Source: Blepharisma stoltei ATCC 30299 (taxonomy: Eukaryota > Protista > Ciliophora). From it: a stretch of 64,000 bases of DNA. The notes below the pieces were generated by a model, which worked only from the letters and a program-made list of their open reading frames with translations, was not told the DNA's origin and did no database searches. The translations under genes were made by a program, and so were the position numbers. Within the stretch, counting starts at the first letter, position 1; each line of letters starts with the position of its first letter. The DNA lies in NCBI GenBank assembly GCA_965603825.1, contig CBFDEM010000039.1, positions 372,001-436,000 on the forward strand, read 5' to 3'. Below are positions 59,388 through 64,000 of this stretch, piece after piece.

Positions 59388-59816
59388 TTAAATTATTTTA
59401 TTTTGTTTGATTTGAAAACACTAAATAAGAGAAATAGTGCACTGAAATAGATCCTGCAATCATTATAATGTGACATTTTAAGATATAAAGTGCTTTATAG
59501 AATTAAAATTAATTTGTAAACTTTATTTGCATATATATTTAAATATTAAAACGGATTTGTAAAAAATACTTAAGTTTCAAAGATGCAGATAATAACAGTA
59601 AATAAAGATTAAGTTATTCTTTTTATATAATAAAGCATTGCAGATATTATTATTGAAACCACTATATATATAAAATTTATCTCCTGCAAAAGAAGATTCA
59701 ATAAGTAAAAATGAAACTTAATAATTTTCTAATTTAAAGTTTAATTGATACTTCAGTTGAATTAGGCTGTCCGTTAGTGCAAAATTTCCCAAAATAATGG
59801 ATGGCTTTTATAATAA

Positions 59817-60347
59817 ATGTCAAAAAGAGGAGCAGCAGCCAAAGAGGACCCTAAGAAAGTACCAGCAAGAGGAAAATCCCCAGCCAAAAAGGCTCCAGAG
59901 ACCACCAACCTTACTGAGGACGAAATCAAAGAAATCAAGGAAGCCTTCGATCTCTTCGACTCAGATAACTCTGGTACCATCGATCCTAAAGAAATTAACG
60001 CAGCTCTTGCATCTCTTGGCCAAGACAGAACTCCAACCATCTTCAGACTTCTTGCAGGAATTGAAGAACTCGGAGCAGCCATCACTTTTGATGACTTCTT
60101 AGGCCACATCAGCGAAAGACTCGGCCATAGAAATAGCAAAGAAGGTATTCAAAGGATTTTCGATCTCTTTGATGCAGACGGATCAAGCTCAATCAACGTC
60201 AAAAACTTAGCTAGAGTTGCTAGAGAGCTCGGAGAAAGCATGACTGAAGAAGAACTCCAAGAGGCTCTTGCTAAAGTTTCTGCTGATAAAAAAGCAATGA
60301 CTATTGACGACTTTTACGCAGTTATGACTAAGAAGATTTATGGCTAA
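59817..60347 (+). CDS. Centrin-family EF-hand protein
   Basis: [65 protein letters not shown]. Confidence 0.93.
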   Translation: MSKRGAAAKEDPKKVPARGKSPAKKAPETTNLTEDEIKEIKEAFDLFDSDNSGTIDPKEINAALASLGQDRTPTIFRLLAGIEELGAAITFDDFLGHISERLGHRNSKEGIQRIFDLFDADGSSSINVKNLARVARELGESMTEEELQEALAKVSADKKAMTIDDFYAVMTKKIYG

Positions 60348-60589
60348 CTTAACTTAAATTAAACTGAGTTTCTGCAAGTAATTTTTAGGAATTATTGGTA
60401 GCGATTGAAATATGGATGGAGACCACAATTTTGAATTTTTAAGAAAAAATATTTTGTAAAGTAGCTTTTTTATTATGAATATTAGTAATTGGGATTATAG
60501 ATGAAGAGGAGCTGAAGGTGTTAGAAAATTAGTTAATATTTTATAGGGAGTCTCGGGGTATTAATTTAAAATAGCAGAGATAATCAATG

Positions 60590-62389
60590 TTAAAAGTCTG
60601 ATTTCCTTATATCGAATTTTGATTTTTGTTTAATAGGCGAAGAAATTTTGAAGATGTTTAAAGCGTTTTTTTTACGAACAAAAGGCGATTCTCTGTTCAG
60701 CTCATCTAAATCTGGCATATGGAGCATCGCTTCAGTTTCTTGAATAAAAGAATGAATGTTTCAGTCCCGAGGTGGGGAGAAATTTTGGATTGGAGAGTGC
60801 CTAATTGAGTTAGCTTTTCTAAGTTTGCTTATCTCTTGCTGCTTTCGTTTTATGTCACTTTGAAGCCCTTTTATGACTTCTTTTAAAAGCTTAATTTGAC
60901 TCTCTAAATTTTCGACTTTCTTTTTTATCGTGTCATAATCTTCATTAGGAACCTGCTTATTACGAGGAGGAGATGATAAAAGCTTTTTCTTAAGAATTTC
61001 AATTTGCTTATTTGCATTAACAATAATTTGTTCTTTTAAAGACAACGTATCAGACTGCTCAGCAAGTTGCTTCTCGGTGCTTGCTATCTTGCTGTTTTGC
61101 TGCTTAATTTTAGCATCTTTTTGTTTGTTTTCTTTTTCTAAAATATTTTTTTCTTCACTTAAAAGTTCAGTAACTTCTTTTAGATTGTTTCTCTCATTTT
61201 CAATATGCTTATTCTCATCGTAAGATTTTGTAAGGAAAGAAATTTTTTCATATGCAGATTCAAGCTTTAAAGCATTTTGGGCTGCTCTTCCTTCTAATTC
61301 GTCTATATAATCTGACAGCTTTAGAATATGAAACTGACTCTTTTGGTGCTCTTCTTCAATTCTGTATAATTTTGACTGTAAATATTGGTTTTCTTGTTTA
61401 ATTTCTAGTAAAGCGTGTTCTAAATTCTCTGATTTTTCTTTATAAAATGCTAATTCTTTTCAAGCGGCTTCAAAATTTATTTCTTTATTTGCTATTTCAG
61501 CTTGCAATTTCGAAACTATGATATTTAAATTAATCAGTTCTTCGTTGTTATTATTGGTTTTTAAGGAATTCAGTTCTATACATAAATTTAAAGCCAGCTG
61601 CCTCATTTCTTCTGATATCATTCCATTTCTATTTAATTCATTTTTTAACTGTTCTATTAGAGTAATATATTTTTCCTCATTTTCACGCAGTAATTCTTGA
61701 GCCTGTCTAAGTTCAAGATTAGATTTGCTTAATTTTTCATTTAATTCGTTTACAATATTTTGAGATGAACGTAAAGATGTATTCAAGTTGCTGATAGATT
61801 GATTTTGCCTTTCGATAATCAAGTGAGATTGCTCGATTTCGTTTTTTAGTGATTCTTTCTCAATATTATGATCACCAGTTCTTACTTTTAATTCTGCAAT
61901 AATTTCATTTAAAGCTTTAATCTTAGTCTCTTCATAAGATTGATGCAATTTTACAATTTCTCCATTTAATCTTGAGTTTTCTTTCGTTAATTGGTCAATT
62001 TTTGCTTCTAAATTGCCTTTTAGTTTATTGAAGATAACTGCATTTTCTTCAAGATCTTTAATTTTCTTCTGAAAGTTAAAATTATCTTTCGATATTTCTG
62101 CGTTTGCTTTTCTAAAATCTTCATTTTCTAGGCTGACTAGATTCAGTTGATTTTCTAATAGCTTTGCTCTTTCTAAAGAATCGTTTTTTTCCTTAATCAA
62201 ATTTTCTTTATCAACATTCCCTTCTCGATACTTGGATAGTTTTTTTTGTAATAGGTCTATTTGCTGCAATAGACCGTTTATTTGTAGAGACTTGCCATGC
62301 GATTCCTCTTCTGCTGTTCGGTATTGGATTTTGAGATTTTGATTTTCAGTTTGCAGATAGGCAACTTTATTCATCTCACTTAGATCCAT
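60590..62389 (-). CDS. Long coiled-coil protein, ~599 aa; 2 TGA=Trp
   Basis: Continuous frame from ATG 62389 to TAA 60590-60592 through TGA 61460 and 60761. Confidence 0.78.
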
Positions 62390-62587
62390 TTTAATTCTAT
62401 ATTGTGTGTTTATGATTTATCTCGCAACGATAATTCTCAAGTATAAATCTGAACTTACCTTAATAGAAGTTTTTTAACAAAAAATTATCATTTTTGCATT
62501 TAATTTAGATAATTTATATTTTTTGAAAGATATAATTAGCTATAATTATCACATTTTTAACAAAATATATCAACAATAATTAGCATT

Positions 62588-63868
62588 TTATTTGTCAAGG
62601 TCTTCTAAAATTGGACTTTCAGATGTAGGGATAACTGATAAATTCAAAGGCGAAATTGACCTTAATGACGGTGACGGAGGCTTCGTAGTTCCTCTTGCTT
62701 TATTTACTGATCTACTCCGAATGGTATTTAAAATTCCATCTCTCTTGAACGAATCATTAAGCTCTGATTCAACTGCCAGCTTGCTTTTAGCTTTTAACAC
62801 TTTTCCAATTAAAAATTTTATTTCATTTTTTAGCGATTTTTCAGTTTCCGCATATTTTTCGTGCGATAAAACTTGGATTTGTTTAAGATTTTTAATTTCC
62901 ATCAAAGCTTTATCCATATCAACCTTAATTTTCTCTTTTTGCAAGATTTCATTTTCGACCTTGTTTGACAAATCTTTTATAAGATCTTCTTTTTCTTGTA
63001 TTTGTCCTTTAAGTATTCTGCAGCTTTCACAGGTGAAAAAATCTCTTTGAGAGTTTAAAACTTGGCTTTTCAGAATATTTGATTTGTTTTCTTGCTTGAA
63101 AATTCTAGCTTTAGGAGAGTTATCTTGTGAGTTCATAGATGATGAAGTCTCTGAAGTCGTCTGCACCGTAATTTCATCAGCCCTTTGCTTATTTACCATT
63201 AATTTTTCTTTACTTTTAAGCTGCTCTATTTTTTCCGCTTGATGTCTATTTTTGAATTGGAGAGATTTTAATTGAACCTTCAAGGTCTCTATTTCTTTCG
63301 CGTAATTGTTCTTTAAAGAAACAATGCTTTCCTCAGCTTGTTGAGCCTTGAGTCTTAGCTCTTCCTTTTCTTCATCGAAATTCTTTTTTAATTCGTTATA
63401 CTTAAACTCCTGCTCAAAGCTCAGTTTTTCTTGATAATTCGGACTTATTAGAGCTTTAGGTGAGCTAAGGGTTGTTAGCTTATCAGTTTCCATAGACTGG
63501 ATTTTTGCCTGTAGATCATGCCTTTCTCCCTCGAATCTGAAATTTTGGTGTTTGAGATCAAGCTTCAGCTCTTTATTTTGTAATATCAAATCATGGTTTT
63601 GTTTTTCTAAAGCTGCAATCTTATCATTATACCTCTTTTTCATGCTTTCTATATCTCTTTCATGCTGCTCATTCACTTTTTTTAATTCTTCCAATGCGAG
63701 ATCCTATATGATTTTTACCTGAAACGGGTTAAACTGCTGGACTGCTAAAATCAAAGATTCATTCATCTTTTTTAAACTTGTTTCGCGTTTTTTCAGCTCA
63801 TCGATTTCTATCTTCAGAAATTCAGCCTTTTGATCAATTAGCGCCTCATGGATTCCTTTAGCTGACAT
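62588..63868 (-). CDS. Coiled-coil protein, ~421 aa; intron 63704-63718
   Basis: ATG 63868, 50-codon first exon, intron GTAAAAATCATATAG, then track ORF 62588..63694. Confidence 0.78.
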
Positions 63869-63937
63869 TTATGTTACTTTAAAATGGAAAATTATTTATA
63901 TAGGAATTTAACTATTTTTTATAAAAAATCAAATAAT

Positions 63938-64000
63938 TTATCTTTTGGTCTTCTTTTTGCCACGTCCCAGCTGACTCATCATTTCTGACATGTCCATTTT
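63938..64000 (-). CDS. 3' end of a gene entering from beyond the window
   Basis: KMDMSEMMSQLGRGKKKTKR-TAA; GC content is coding-like; too short to identify. Confidence 0.5.
   Translation of the reverse strand, partial: KMDMSEMMSQLGRGKKKTKR

Noticed and set aside
59797-60102. 101-aa ORF overlapping centrin in another frame
   Set aside because: It is an alternative-frame by-product of biased codon use in the centrin gene.

Overview
This is gene-dense, AT-rich eukaryotic DNA, most consistent with the somatic (macronuclear) genome of a heterotrich ciliate of the Blepharisma type. Two properties are visible in the sequence. In-frame TGA repeatedly falls at conserved Trp positions (RBBP4, RING-H2, K+ channel pore helix, cytosolic carboxypeptidase, TBC domain), while genes end in TAA/TAG. 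Introns are 15-16 nt, GT...AG, with an A six nt from the 3' end. With TGA=Trp and these introns removed, the fragmented ORF track collapses into about 45 genes, two cut by the window edges. They include a Rab, a CELF-like RRM/WW protein, a DUSP, TXNDC17, two tandem D-lactate dehydrogenases, RBBP4, an ABCB transporter, ATP synthase b, GATD1, ZNF622, DYNC2LI1, CLUH, an EAG-type channel, ETFB, TBC1D23, a CCP, VPS2, a DHHC, an AEP transaminase, a P4-ATPase/guanylyl cyclase and centrin. The three best leads are: (1) an apparent 15-nt intron nested in another 15-nt intron in the CELF-like gene; (2) a 290-500 nt highly base-paired minus-strand RNA element just downstream of that gene; (3) a 630-aa protein with ARM-like repeats fused to a C-terminal histone H2A fold. 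Family calls come from motifs recognised by eye; no database search was run.
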